This document shows positions 1 through 10,727 of a DNA stretch of 64,000 nt, in pieces. Position 1 is the first letter of the stretch, and every line of letters starts with the position of its first letter. The translations under genes and the position numbers were made by a program. This stretch comes from an uncultured bacterium (GTDB lineage Bacteria > Babelota > Babeliae > Babelales > Babelaceae). The stretch lies in contig CAWFXL010000001.1 of the NCBI GenBank assembly GCA_963819815.1, positions 32,001 to 96,000 of the forward strand. Direction: 5' to 3'. The notes beneath the pieces are model-generated. The model ran no database searches, was not told the DNA's origin, and saw nothing but the letters and a program-made list of their open reading frames with translations.

Positions 1-124
1 CCGGATTCTGCTCGACGATGTACGCGTCGTCGTAGGTGAACCGTTGACGATGCCGATCGCCGACGACGCACAGCGCGAGCGAGCACGACCGACGGCGCCG
101 CCGCGCGGCGCAGCGACCGCTCAT
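1..124 (-). CDS. 5' end of a probable membrane protein (TMTC/GT-C-like N-terminus), runs off the window edge, probably frameshifted
   Basis: ATG at 124 overlaps the GT2 stop; reads ...[13 protein letters not shown], matching the F-x-x-DD-x-x-I-x-x-NP luminal-loop motif of GT-C/TMTC-like proteins. Confidence 0.4.
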   Translation of the reverse strand, partial: MSGRCAARRRRRSCSLALCVVGDRHRQRFTYDDAYIVEQNP

Positions 125-880
125 GAGAAGAGATTGAACTTGGTGATGTGCCAGAACGCCGCGATGCCGTCCTTCCATCCGATCTTCTTGCCTTCGGCGT
201 AGGTGCGGCCCGAATAGGAGATCGGCACCTCGAAGATGCGCGCACCGGCGCGCGCGAGCCGCGCGGTGATCTCGGGCTCGAAGCCGAACCGGTTCGGCGT
301 AGGAGCGGCGCAGCGAGCGCGCGATGTCGCCGCGCATCGCCTTGTAGCAGGTCTCCATGTCGGTGAGGTTGAGGTTCGTCAGCATGTTGCTGTACGTCGT
401 GAGGCAGCGGTTGCCCACCGAGTGCCAGAAGTACAGCACGCGGTGCGGCCCGCCGAGGAAGCGCGAGCCGAAGCACGGCGTCGGCGCGCCCGTCGAGGAT
501 CGGCTCGAGCAGCGCCGGGCCAGTCGTGCCGGGTCGTACTCGAGGTCGGCGTCCTGCACGATCACGACGTTGCCCGGTGCTCGCGGCGAGAGCGCCTGCG
601 GATCGCCGCGCCCTTGCCGCGGTTTTCCTGGATGGCGGATCGAGCTGGTCGATGCGTCCCTGCGCGAGGAGCCGCTCGAGGATCTCGCTGCGTGCCGTCG
701 GTCGAGTGGTCGTCGACGCAGATGATCTCCTTCGCGCATCGGCGTCGCGTGCACCTGATCGACGATGAGATCGATCGTGTCGCGCTCGTTGTAGACGGGC
801 ACGAGCACCGAGAGCGTGACGACGGCGCGGTCGAGGGCGTGCGCGCGCGACGGTTGGGCGAGCGCGGGCCGATCGCTCAC
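121..880 (-). CDS. Glycosyltransferase family 2 (DPM1/ArnC-like), multiple frameshifts
   Basis: Hand translation of the minus strand gives [65 protein letters not shown] and [22 protein letters not shown] in changing frames; TGA at 121-123. Confidence 0.85.
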
Positions 881-2258
881 GCTTCGACTCCGTAGCGCGA
901 CGAGCTTGCGATACAGCGTCGACGGATCGATGCCGAGCACCTCGGCGGCGCGCGACTTGTTGCCGCTCTCGCTCTGCAGCACCCACATGATGTACGCGCG
1001 CTCGACCACCTCGAGCGTCGGGTTTGGCGGCGTGCGCGTCGACACGAGCGGCTCGGCGCGTCGCTCGGTGACGCGCTCCGGGAGCGCGCTGACGTCGAAT
1101 CTCGTCGCCTCGGCGTCAGGATCACCGCGCGCTCGAGCGCGTTCTCCAGCTCGCGCACGTTGCCGGGCCAGTCGTATACTCGATCATCACGTCGAGCGCC
1201 TCGTCGGTGAGGTGCTTCGGCTCGGCTTCCGCGCCGTCGGCGATGCGATGGAGGAAATGCTCGACGAGCAGCGGGATGTCGTCGCGCGCTGGCGCAGCGG
1301 CGGCAGGTGCAGCGCGATGACGTTCAGCCGGTAGAAGAGATCGCTGCGGAAGTTGCCGACGCGAATCTCCTCGTCGAGATCGCGGTTCGTCGCGGCGACG
1401 ACGCGCGTGTCGACCGGGAATGGCATCCGTCGCGCCGACGGGAATCACTTCGCGCTGCTGCAGCACGCGCAGCAGCTTCACCTGCGTCGCCGGCGTGGTC
1501 TCGCCGATTTCGTCGAGGAAGAACGTGCCCTTGGTCGCCGCGCCGAAGAGACCGATCTTGTCCTTGATGGCGCCGGTGAACGATCCCTTCACGTGACCGA
1601 ACAGTTCGCTCTCGAGCAGGCTCTCGGGAAGCGCGCCGCAGTTGATCGAGAGAAACGGCCCTTCGGTGCGCGTCGACAGCTCGTGGATGTAGCGGGCGAT
1701 GACTTCCTTGCCGGTTCCCGACTCGCCCTGAATGAGCACGGTGGAATCGGTCGGCGCCACGGTCTCGACGAGGCGCAGCACGTCGAGCCACGTCTTGCTC
1801 GTGCCGACGGCCGACGCGATCGCCCTGCCGCTCGTGGCGTCGAATCTCCTGCTTGAGCGACTTGTTCTCGACGCGAAGCTTCCGATGCTCGGCGGCGCGC
1901 CGCAGGATCGCGACCAGCTCGTCGTTGCGGAACGGCTTCTGGATGTAGTAGAACGCGCCCTCGTTCACCGCCTGCATCGCCGACTGCAGCGTGGCCTGCG
2001 CGGTCATGAGGATGACCGGCACGTCGGGATCGCTCTGCCGCGCGGCCGCGAGGATCTCGACGCCGCTCACGTTCGGCATGCGGATGTCGGTGAGCACGAT
2101 GTCCGGCGACAGCTCGCCGATGCGCTCGAGGCCCGCCTTGCCGCCGTGCGCGATGATGCGGGGCGAATCCCTCGTTGCGCAGCAGGATGTTGAGCGAGTC
2201 GAGAATGCCCGTTTCGTCGTCGACGACGAGCACGCTCGGCTTGGATGCAATCGGTCAC
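877..2258 (-). CDS. Sigma-54-dependent response regulator (NtrC/PilR-like: REC + AAA+ + Fis HTH), frameshifted
   Basis: VLVVDDE receiver; [62 protein letters not shown] spread over ORFs 1589-2233, 1324-2286, 1122-1781, 1187-1426, 877-1158. Confidence 0.9.
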
Positions 2259-4031
2259 GAGAGACTTCCTGGCCGCTGGCGGCCAATTGGGCGACGCGGT
2301 GTGCCGGCTGTGGTCGCCAGGCTGCCGCATCGCAACCGGTTTGGCGGAGGGAGAATCACGGTGAAGCGCGTGCCCGCGTGCTGCTATCGACGAACACGAG
2401 TCCGCGGTGCGCCTCGATGGCGCGGTGCACGACGGCGAGACCGAGGCCCGCTGCCGTTCGCTTTCGTGGTGAAGAACGGATCGAACATGCGGTCGCGGAT
2501 TTCGGCGGGGATGCCCGGGCCCGCGTCGGTGACGCGCGAATCGACACCGTGTCGCCTTCGAGGCGCATGCCCGACGGAATCTGGTCGCCGCCGACCACGC
2601 ACGACTTCGATGCGCACCTCGCCGCCGGTCGGGCGACGCCTGCACCGCGTTGAGCGCGAGGTTGAAGATCGCGCGGTGCAGCAGATCCTCGTCGCCTTCG
2701 ACGCGAATCGGCCGTCGCCCTCATCGACCTCACGCGACACTTCGACTGTCGGCGGCGATCGGGATGCGCGCCGGCGAGGCTTGCCGCGCCGCGCGCGACG
2801 TCGCGCCGAGGTCGACCGTCTCCGTGCGCGCCACGCGCACGCGCGCGAAGTCGAGGAACTCGGAGAGGAGTCGCGACAGACGATCGGACTCGCGCATCAC
2901 GAGGACCGCTGAGCGTCTTGTGATCGTCGGAGATCGCGGGCATCCGCGAGATCTGCTCGACGGCGCTGCGAATCGACGCGAGCGGATTCTTGATTTCGTG
3001 CGCCAGCGACGCGCTCAGCTCCGCGATGCCCTCGAGGCGCTCGGCGCGCAGCCGCAGGACTTCGAGGCGCTTCTGGTCCGAGATGTCCTGGAAGATCGCC
3101 GTCGCGGTTCGCCCGCCTCCGTCGTCATCGTGCTCGGTGTAGGTCGTGGTGACGCCGACCGACAGGCGACGCGTGGCGTTGGTGACGAACAGCTCTCCGC
3201 GCGTCGTGCGAATCTTCGACTCGGCGGCCTGGCGAATGGCGTGCGACAGCTCTGGGGCAACGCGTCCGATCACGTCGAGAATCGGCTCGCCGATGCGATC
3301 GGCGAGCTCGAGACCGAGCAGTTGCTCGGACGTCGGATTGGCGTAGAGCAGTCGACCGGCGACATCCACGGTGACGACGCCGCTGCGGATGTTGCGCAGA
3401 ATGTCTTCCGCCTGAAGTCGCGTGCGCTGGAGGGCGGCGACGAGTTGGTCGGTGCCCTCCCCCGTCGCGCGCAGCTCGGCGCTGAGGTAGCGAATGACGA
3501 GCGCGACGATCGCGATGATCGTGATCTGTAGCCAGACCGTCGGATCGGGAAGCCAGACGGCGCGCGGCGTCGTCGGTGGCCGCAGAAAGACCACCACTTC
3601 GACGAAATAGAAGACCAGTCCCACGGCCGCCACGAGCAAGCCGCCACTCGCGGGAACGAGCAGCGACGACGTCGCGATGACCAGGATGTAGAGCGCCGAG
3701 AACGGCGAGCCGACACCGTTCGTGACATGGACGACCGCGGTGACGACCGCGAGGTCGAAGATCGCCTGCGCGTACAGAAAGCTCTGGCTGAGCGGCTTTT
3801 TGTATATTTCCGAGTGGACCGCCGACGCCACCGTCACACGGTCGACAGCGCGAAGACGAGCGACGGCGACGAGCGTGCGATCGGCCGTCGATCTCTGACC
3901 AGCGGGAGATCGCGGCGATGAAGATCGCGACTCGCGAGACACATTCGTCCGATGTAGACCCATCGGATGAGTCGTCGCGGGTCGAGAATTAGCTTGAGCG
4001 CCGGCTGAGTTTGGCGGGACGCGAGTCGCAC
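2255..4031 (-). CDS. Membrane sensor histidine kinase with PAS domain (PilS-like), frameshifted
   Basis: N-terminal TM helices, PAS-like segment, H-box [19 protein letters not shown] and FDPFFTTK (ORF 2384-2740), GLGLAVV G2 box; inferred stop overlaps the regulator GTG start. Confidence 0.85.
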
Positions 4032-4168
4032 GTGGTGTGGAGTTGCAAACTGCTAGAGTTTCCGAGCGGCGCTAACCATTGCAATCTGCTATACGAGCGT
4101 TGACGATCCGCGCGGGACTCTGGTTACTGGCGCGCAGCGCTAAATGTTTGGCGCCCGAGGAACGTGAA

Positions 4169-4602
4169 ATGGACGACGCGACACATCTGAACGTGACTCC
4201 GACGCTGTGGATTCCACGCGGTCGAGTTGAGCTATCGGGCGTCGCGCGCCGGAGGCCCGGGCGGACAGCACGTCGAACACGTCGTCGACGCGGATCGAGC
4301 TGATTTGGGATCTGCCCAACTCGCGCGCCGTTTCAGACGATGAGCGAGAGCGGATTCGGACGAAACTCGCGTCGCGACTCGACTCCGACGGGAGCGTTCG
4401 CGTGGTCGCGAGCGACCGACGCAGCCAAGGGCAGAATCGGCAATCGGCGGAGATCAGGCTCGCGTCACTGGTTCGGCACGCGCTGCACGTTCCCAAGACC
4501 CGTCGGGCGACGAAACCGACGAAGGCATCCAAGGAGCGGCGCCTGACGGACAAGAAGCGGCAGGGAAATAAGAAGCGCGACCGCCGCGGCGACGCCGACT
4601 AG
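4169..4602 (+). CDS. arfB: Alternative ribosome rescue peptidyl-tRNA hydrolase ArfB (YaeJ), frameshifted
   Basis: GGPGGQHV(N) region around 4250-4280 (ggaggcccgggcggacagcacgtc), RSQGQNR, basic tail PKTRRATKPTKASKERRLTDKKRQGNKK. Confidence 0.85.
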
Positions 4603-5318
4603 GCGCTTTGATGGACGCGGCTCTTGAGCGCTGCGAGGGCAATCCGAGCGTGCTTCGCCGCGGGTAGGTCGGGATATCGTTCGACGAGGCGGCGCAGTTC
4701 CACCAGCGCGCGTCCGGGATCGGCCAACGGACCGGCGCAGAGGTCGACCAAACGGTTGGTTGCGTACACGTCCTCCCCCGGTGTGACCGTGGGGATGCGC
4801 TGTACTTCGCGAAACAACTCGGCGGCGCGGCGATAGTTGCCCTTCTCCTTTGCATACAACTCGGCGGCCTTGATCCGCGGATCGATCGCCTCTGGCTTCT
4901 CGATACAAATGGCTTCGAACGAGCGGAGGGCTTCGTCGACCTCACCGCGCATGACGAGCGCCTGCTCTCGCGAGTACTGCTCCCGATACGGCGTGCTGTC
5001 GCCGCCCATCGTGAACCTGTTGAAGCCGTTTCCGGCCGCCGCGGAGGCGGCCAATCCAACGCCGATCGCGCACGCGCCTAGCACCGCACCGCATACGAGG
5101 CTGAATGCAGCGGCGGTAATGGGCGACATCTGCGGGTTGATCTTGTGGGCGATCGCCGCGCCAAGCGGGAGGGAAACCCCGAAGGTCGTGAGGCCGAACC
5201 CCGACGCGCGAAGGATCAATCCCGCGTCTGGCCCCAGCCGATCGAACATCGTGCGCTTGTACGGCGCGGCTGAATCACTCTTCGATTCGACGTTTTCGGG
5301 ACGCAGATCGGCGGACAT
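4599..5318 (-). CDS. Two-TM membrane protein with C-terminal TPR-like helices
   Basis: ORF 4599-5459; two hydrophobic segments followed by TPR-like helices (GEVDEALRSFE, GNYRRAAELFRE, GRALVELRRLVERYP); start uncertain (ATG 5318 chosen). Confidence 0.65.
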   Translation of the reverse strand: MSADLRPENVESKSDSAAPYKRTMFDRLGPDAGLILRASGFGLTTFGVSLPLGAAIAHKINPQMSPITAAAFSLVCGAVLGACAIGVGLAASAAAGNGFNRFTMGGDSTPYREQYSREQALVMRGEVDEALRSFEAICIEKPEAIDPRIKAAELYAKEKGNYRRAAELFREVQRIPTVTPGEDVYATNRLVDLCAGPLADPGRALVELRRLVERYPDLPAAKHARIALAALKSRVHQSA

Positions 5319-5510
5319 TGCGTGGGATGAATTCAATGGGACGGCATTGGTTGCGAGCGCCTGAGTAACAACGACCACTCGGCCGCCCTCTGGGCAACGA
5401 TAAACAGACGCACTGGGAACGACGACCGACATCGTCGCAAGTCGTAGTCGGGCTTTCACACGTGTCTACGTGACGTGCGCGCCCCGTCGGACGGTTGTTG
5501 GGATGTCGAA

Positions 5511-5529
5511 CCGGCATACCAAATGCCGG
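5511..5529. promoter_or_regulatory. Palindrome with GG-N10-GC (sigma-54-like) spacing on both strands, between divergent genes
   Basis: ccGGcataccaaatGCcgg and its reverse complement ccGGcatttggtatGCcgg. Confidence 0.3.
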
Positions 5530-5660
5530 CCCGCACCCCGTTCCGGTCCCTTCCCCCCGGCCACATGTTAGTAACGCGCCGCTTCGCTCCCACGCGGTGC
5601 CCCGGCCCGGGGAGTTTGGCCCCGAGCTTTCCCCCCAACTCCCTTAGGGAGGCGTGTACG

Positions 5661-8600
5661 ATGACATCGATGAGGCTTCGACGCCTCGCCATCAGTGCGG
5701 CATCTGCCGCGCTGCTGACGACCGCTGCCGCTGTTGCAAGCGCGCAGGGTACGCTCACCGGCACTGTGACAACGCAGCCCGGTGGTACTCCACTTCAAGA
5801 AGCTCGAATCCTAATTCTAGGAACGAGCCGCGTCGGTTCGAGTGGACCCGACGGCAAATACTCCATCCCGGGAGTGCCAGCCGGCACCGCGGAAATCCGC
5901 GTGATTCGCGTCGGCTATCAGGAGCAGAAGAAATCGGTCCGCATTCTCGACGGTCAGAAGGCGGTGCTCGATTTCGCGATGAGCACCACGGTCGTGCAGC
6001 TGCAGGAAGTCGTCACGACGGCGACGGGTGAGCAGCGTCGCGTCGAAGTCGGCAACGCGGTGGAAAACCTCTGCGGTCGCCAAGCTCACCGAGACGCGCG
6101 CCGGTCCGCACGATCTCCGACGTGCTGAACTCGCGCGTCCCGGGCGTGATGGTGCAGCAAGGCACGCAGACGGGCGCTGGTCAGCGCATTCGCGTGCGAG
6201 GCGTCAGCAGCATCAGCCTCTCGAACGAGCCGATCTTCATCATCGACGGCATCCGCATGAGCTCGAACAACGGCTCGACGTCGTTCGGTAACGGCGGCGC
6301 GGATTTCAGCCGTCTTGGTGACATCAGCCCAGAAGACATCGAGAATATCGAAATCGTCAAGGGCCCGTCAGCGGCAACGCTCTACGGCACCGACGCAGCG
6401 AACGGCGTCGTCGTGATCACGACGAAGAAGGGTCGCGCTGGTTCGTCGAAGTGGACCGCGTATGGTGAAGGCGGCGTCCTCGACGATCGCAACTGGTATG
6501 CGGACAACTATACGCTTGCCGGAATGAACCCGACGACCAAGGCGAAGCTCGTTCTGTCGGGTCAGTGCAATCTCGTCATGGTCTCGCTCGGCACGTGCGT
6601 GAAGAGCGACGGCACGAAGGGCTACGACAGCCTTCGCGTCTACAGCCCGATCAAGGATCCGACGGTCACGCCGCTCGGCCTCGGCAACCGCCAGGCGGGC
6701 GGCCTTCAGGTGAACGGCGGCACGGAGCAGATTCGCTACTTCATGTCGGCGGGCCGCGACAATGAAGTGGGCGTGTTCCAGCTCGACCCCTACGAGCGGA
6801 ACCGCTTCGACTCGCTCGGCATCACGATCCACCCGTGGCAGGAGCGTCCGAACAGCCGCCTCCTGAACAACTTTCGCGCGAACGTCAGCGCGCAGGTCAA
6901 CCCGCAGTTCGACGCCGCCATCAACTTCGGCTACAACACGGTCGAAGCGCTGACGAGCAACGAGTCGAACAACACGGTGGGCATCGGCTCGCAGGCATTC
7001 GGCGGCCCTGGATACCGGAACAATGGTCTCATCAGCGGTCTCACCGACTCGCTGGTCGGCTATCGCGCCGGCACCCCAGGCCAGATCTGGGCCGAGAAGC
7101 TGCAGCAGAACGTCAACCGCATGGTGCTGTCGTCGAACCTCAACTGGCGTCCGACGAGCTGGTTGCAGACGAGAGCGAACCTCGGAACGGACTTCGCCGA
7201 TCGTAACGACACGCGCCTTCACATGAACGGCGAAGGCTGGCCGCTCAGCACGACGTATCGCGACGGTCAGGCGTTCAATGCCCGTACGAACATCACCAAC
7301 CTGTCGGCCGACCTCGGCGCGACGGCGAACTACAATCCGTCCCGCTTTTCGTGGCTGAACTTCAAGACCACGCTGGGCACGCAGTACAGCAACTACCGCC
7401 TCGATCAGAACAGCGCGGGCGGCACGACGCTTCCGCCGGGCGCCGTCACGGCGAGCGCCGGCGCGACGGCATCGGCCTCGGAAGGCTTTACCATCCAGAA
7501 GACGTGGGGCATTTTCGTCGAGCAGTCGGCCGCGTTGCGCGATCGTCTGTATCTGACCGCCGCCGTCCGCTCCGACCAGAACAGCGCGTTCGGCACCAAG
7601 TTCCAGCGGGTGTTCTATCCGAAGGCGAGCCTTTCGTGGGTCATCTCCGACGAGGATTTCTTCCCGCGTAGCAGCATCTTCCGCGCGATCAGCAACCTCC
7701 AGCTGCGTCTCGCGAACGGCGCCTCCGGCGTACAGCCTGGCCCGAACGACGCGCTTCGCACCTACTCGGCGAGTTCGGCCAGCATCAAGAACACCGACAC
7801 GCCGATTGAGACGTTCACTGCCATCGGCAACGACAGCCTGAAGCCCGAACGTTCCACCGAGTGGGAAACCGGCTTCAACTCGAAGCTCTTCGACAACCGG
7901 GTCCAGCTCGACGTCACGTACTACTCTCGCGTGACGCACGACGCGCTGATCAGCGCGATCATCGCGCCGTCGCTCGGCTCCGGATCGACGAGACAGAACA
8001 CCAATCTCGGCTCGATCAAGAACGCCGGGTTGGAAGTGACGCTTGGCGGTCAGCTGCTCGATCGCAGACAACTCGGCCTCGACTTCCATCTGACGACGTC
8101 GATGAACGCCAACAAGGTCGTGAGCCTTGGTTCGACCGCGCCGCAGATCGGTGTGTCGAACTGGATCGTACCGGGCTATCCGATCAGCGGCATCTGGGCA
8201 AAGCCGATCGTCGGGTGGGACGACAAGAACGGCGACGGCATCCTGACCGTGGATGAGGTCAAGATCGTGTCGGACACCGTCTGGGCCACCGATCCGAAGA
8301 CCGGCCTCAAGTCCGTCCTCGGCGTCGGAACGTTCCGCGGATATGCCGAGCCCCGCTACCTGACGTCGTTCACGTCGGGCATCGACCTGTTCAACCACAG
8401 GATCCGCATCCAGAACCTGTTCGACTGGCGCGGCGGCAATAAGTACTACAACAACACGGAGCGCATTCGCTGCACGCGCCCGAACTGCAACGGCCTGTTC
8501 AACCCGGCCGCGTCGCTCGAGGAGCAGGCGATGGACGTGGCGGCGATCTTCTCGCCGGAAAAGACGCTCGACGGCTACATGCAGCCCGGCGCGTTCGTGA

Positions 8601-8833
8601 AGTGGCGCGAAGCCACCGTGACGCTCGAGATCCCGCAGGCGCTGCTCTCGCACACGCGTGCGCACGGCGGCAGCCTCGTGTTCGCGGCCCGCAACCTCAA
8701 GAAGTGGACGAACTACCGCGGCAGCGATCCGGAAAGCGACTACACGGCAACGGGTGGCGGCGACGCGCCGAACGAGTTCCAGACGTTCGCGCAGCCGACG
8801 ATTTTCCAGTTCCGCCTGAACTTCAACTTCTGA
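5661..8833 (+). CDS. susC: SusC/RagA-family TonB-dependent outer membrane transporter (frameshift near 6070-6120)
   Basis: GGAGG RBS, signal peptide, CarboxypepD_reg-like N-domain, LQEVVTTATG, plug signature IRVRGVSSI...NEPIFIIDG...DIENIEIVKGPSAATLYGTDAANGVVVITTKKG, LKPERSTEWE, C-terminal Phe (FRLNFNF). Confidence 0.93.
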
Positions 8834-8852
8834 CCCTTCGCCAACCACTGAT

Positions 8853-10301
8853 ATGAGATTGCAAATGAGAAGTGGCCGAGCGGTCACTACGACACTCGCC
8901 ATAGGGGCCGTCCTCGGTCTCTCGGCGTGCGATACCCTCAAGGACAACCTGCTCGAGGCGATCAACCCCTCGATCATCGATCCGTCCTCGGTGCAGTCGG
9001 CCGCGGGCGCAACGGCGGTGCGCAACGGCGCGCTGTCGCGGCTCCGCACCGCAACCGCTGACGGCGAGAGCTCCTGGCTGTTTGGCGGCCTTCTGGTGGA
9101 CGAATGGGCGACCAGCTCGACGTTCGTGCAGAACGACGAGACCGACCAGCGCCAGATCCAGCTCAACAACTCGACCGTGAACAACACGCTGCGCGCACTT
9201 TACCGTGTGCGTACGTCGGCGACCCAAGCGATCGGCTTGCTCAACCAGTACAAGCCGTTGCCGTCGTCGGACATCGCCGAGATGTACTTCGCTCGCGGAT
9301 TCGCCGAGATGCAGTTGGCTTCGGACTTCTGCAACGGCATTCCGCTCAGCGACGGTGCCAGCGAGACGGCTACGCTTGGCAAGCCGCTGCCGGTCAAGGA
9401 CGTGTTCACGGTGGCGAGCGCGTCGTTCGACACCGCGATGACCCTGAGCAGTGGGACCGACGCGGCCAGCGTTACGATCAACCGTGCGGCGCGAATCGGT
9501 AAGGCGCGTGCGTTGCTCGGAATGGGGCTGAGCAACGCGGCGGCCGCCGCCGCGCTGGTCACGGCGATTCCGACGACCTTCCGCTACGACGTCACGGCGT
9601 CGCTGACGGGTGGCACAAACACGCTGTGGGATCAGCCGACCAGCCAGAATCGCTACACCGTTGGCGACAGCATTCAGGGCAACGGACGCAGCATTCTGGT
9701 GAAAAACGCAATCCCGTTCTTCTCGGCGAATGACCGTCGCGTTCCGGCGCACTACAAGATCGGATCGAACGGAAAGGACACCGTGAAGTCGCAGGATGGC
9801 GGCACGTTCGTCATCCAGGTCGACAGCCTGTGGGGCCCGTCGACGGCCGTTGCCATCACCGCCGGTCTCGACGCGCGCCTCATTGAAGCAGAAGCAGCAC
9901 TTCAGGCGAGCAACCCGGCTGGAATGATGACGATTCTGAACGCGCTTCGCGCGGCGCCACAGCAGCTTACCGCGTCGAGCCCAACCTCGACCGGAACGCA
10001 TCCGGGGTGGACGACGCCGGCGTTGCCGGCGCTCACCGACCCGGGCACGACGGACACTCGCGTCAACCTGCTGTTCCGTGAGAAGGCGTTCTGGACGTTT
10101 GGCCGGGGATTCCGGCTGGGCGACCTCCGCCGGCTCATTCGCGACTACGGTCGCGCGGCCGACGGTTCGAACGCCGGTGGCTACCCGATCGGCACGCACT
10201 ACAAGGGTGGCGTCTTCGCTGGTGATCTCCAGCTGCCGGTCACGACCGACGAGCAAAATGGCAATCCGAACTTCAGCGCCTGTCTCGATCGGAAGGCGTA
10301 G
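8853..10301 (+). CDS. SusD/RagB-like outer-membrane lipoprotein
   Basis: Lipobox LSAC, directly after susC; ARLIEAEA, LNALRA, REKAFWTFGRGFRLGDLRR and C-terminal P...EQNGNPN typical of SusD C-termini. Confidence 0.85.
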   Translation: MRLQMRSGRAVTTTLAIGAVLGLSACDTLKDNLLEAINPSIIDPSSVQSAAGATAVRNGALSRLRTATADGESSWLFGGLLVDEWATSSTFVQNDETDQRQIQLNNSTVNNTLRALYRVRTSATQAIGLLNQYKPLPSSDIAEMYFARGFAEMQLASDFCNGIPLSDGASETATLGKPLPVKDVFTVASASFDTAMTLSSGTDAASVTINRAARIGKARALLGMGLSNAAAAAALVTAIPTTFRYDVTASLTGGTNTLWDQPTSQNRYTVGDSIQGNGRSILVKNAIPFFSANDRRVPAHYKIGSNGKDTVKSQDGGTFVIQVDSLWGPSTAVAITAGLDARLIEAEAALQASNPAGMMTILNALRAAPQQLTASSPTSTGTHPGWTTPALPALTDPGTTDTRVNLLFREKAFWTFGRGFRLGDLRRLIRDYGRAADGSNAGGYPIGTHYKGGVFAGDLQLPVTTDEQNGNPNFSACLDRKA

Positions 10302-10343
10302 GATTGGGGGCACTCGTTGGGCTTCGGCCTGACGAGGGACGGA

Positions 10344-10382
10344 GAAAGGGGAGGCGGGCTTCCGCCTCCCCTTTTCTTTTTC
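10344..10382 (+). terminator. Rho-independent terminator after susD
   Basis: GC-rich stem aaaggggaggcgg / ccgcctcccctttt followed by a U tract. Confidence 0.8.
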
Positions 10383-10389
10383 CTAACCT

Positions 10390-10525
10390 GACGGCCGATC
10401 CCGCTCACCGGGGAAGTCGACGGGTGAAGTGTCTAGAGGGAAATCGCCATGATGACGGTAGGGTGCTTGCCGTGAGGCAAGGCGAACCCGGCAGGCATCT
10501 TGACGGAACGGGGGATCGGTTAGTC
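10390..10525 (+). ncRNA. Candidate structured ncRNA (long irregular closing stem plus GNRA hairpin); family unassigned
   Basis: 5' gacggccgatccc pairs with 3' gggatcggttagtc; gacgggt pairs with acccggc; internal cttgcc-GTGA-ggcaag; G-U pairs favour the + strand. Confidence 0.3.
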
Positions 10526-10623
10526 CTTCTGTGGTATTGGTAATGGTGTGGTGGTGGGCGGCACCCGGGAGTTCGACGCGTTGGGGCTTGCGCCGTTCTC
10601 GGCGAAATTCGGCGGAGTTTGGT

Positions 10624-10640
10624 GGGGCACGTCCCTTGCG
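10624..10640 (+). promoter_or_regulatory. Sigma-54 (-24/-12) promoter candidate
   Basis: ggGGCACGtcccTTGCg vs consensus TGGCACGN4TTGCW, about 90 bp upstream of ATG 10728. Confidence 0.55.
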
Positions 10641-10727
10641 CCCCCGGGCGAGGGCAAAACCCCGAGTGACCAACCGCTTGGATCTCGGAAAGACTCTTTG
10701 CTGCGGATCGTTCCGCGGGGACCTTCA

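Noticed and set aside
6368..10313. Long antisense ORFs (939 aa, 496 aa) and similar shadow ORFs throughout the GC-rich part
   Set aside because: They mirror well-supported sense genes; expected from GC-rich codon bias and they show no domain motifs
10430..10470. Hammerhead ribozyme or c-di-GMP riboswitch (GAAA and UGAUGA nearby)
   Set aside because: Core is AUGAUGA rather than CUGANGA, spacing leaves no room for the stems, and riboswitch consensus elements are absent
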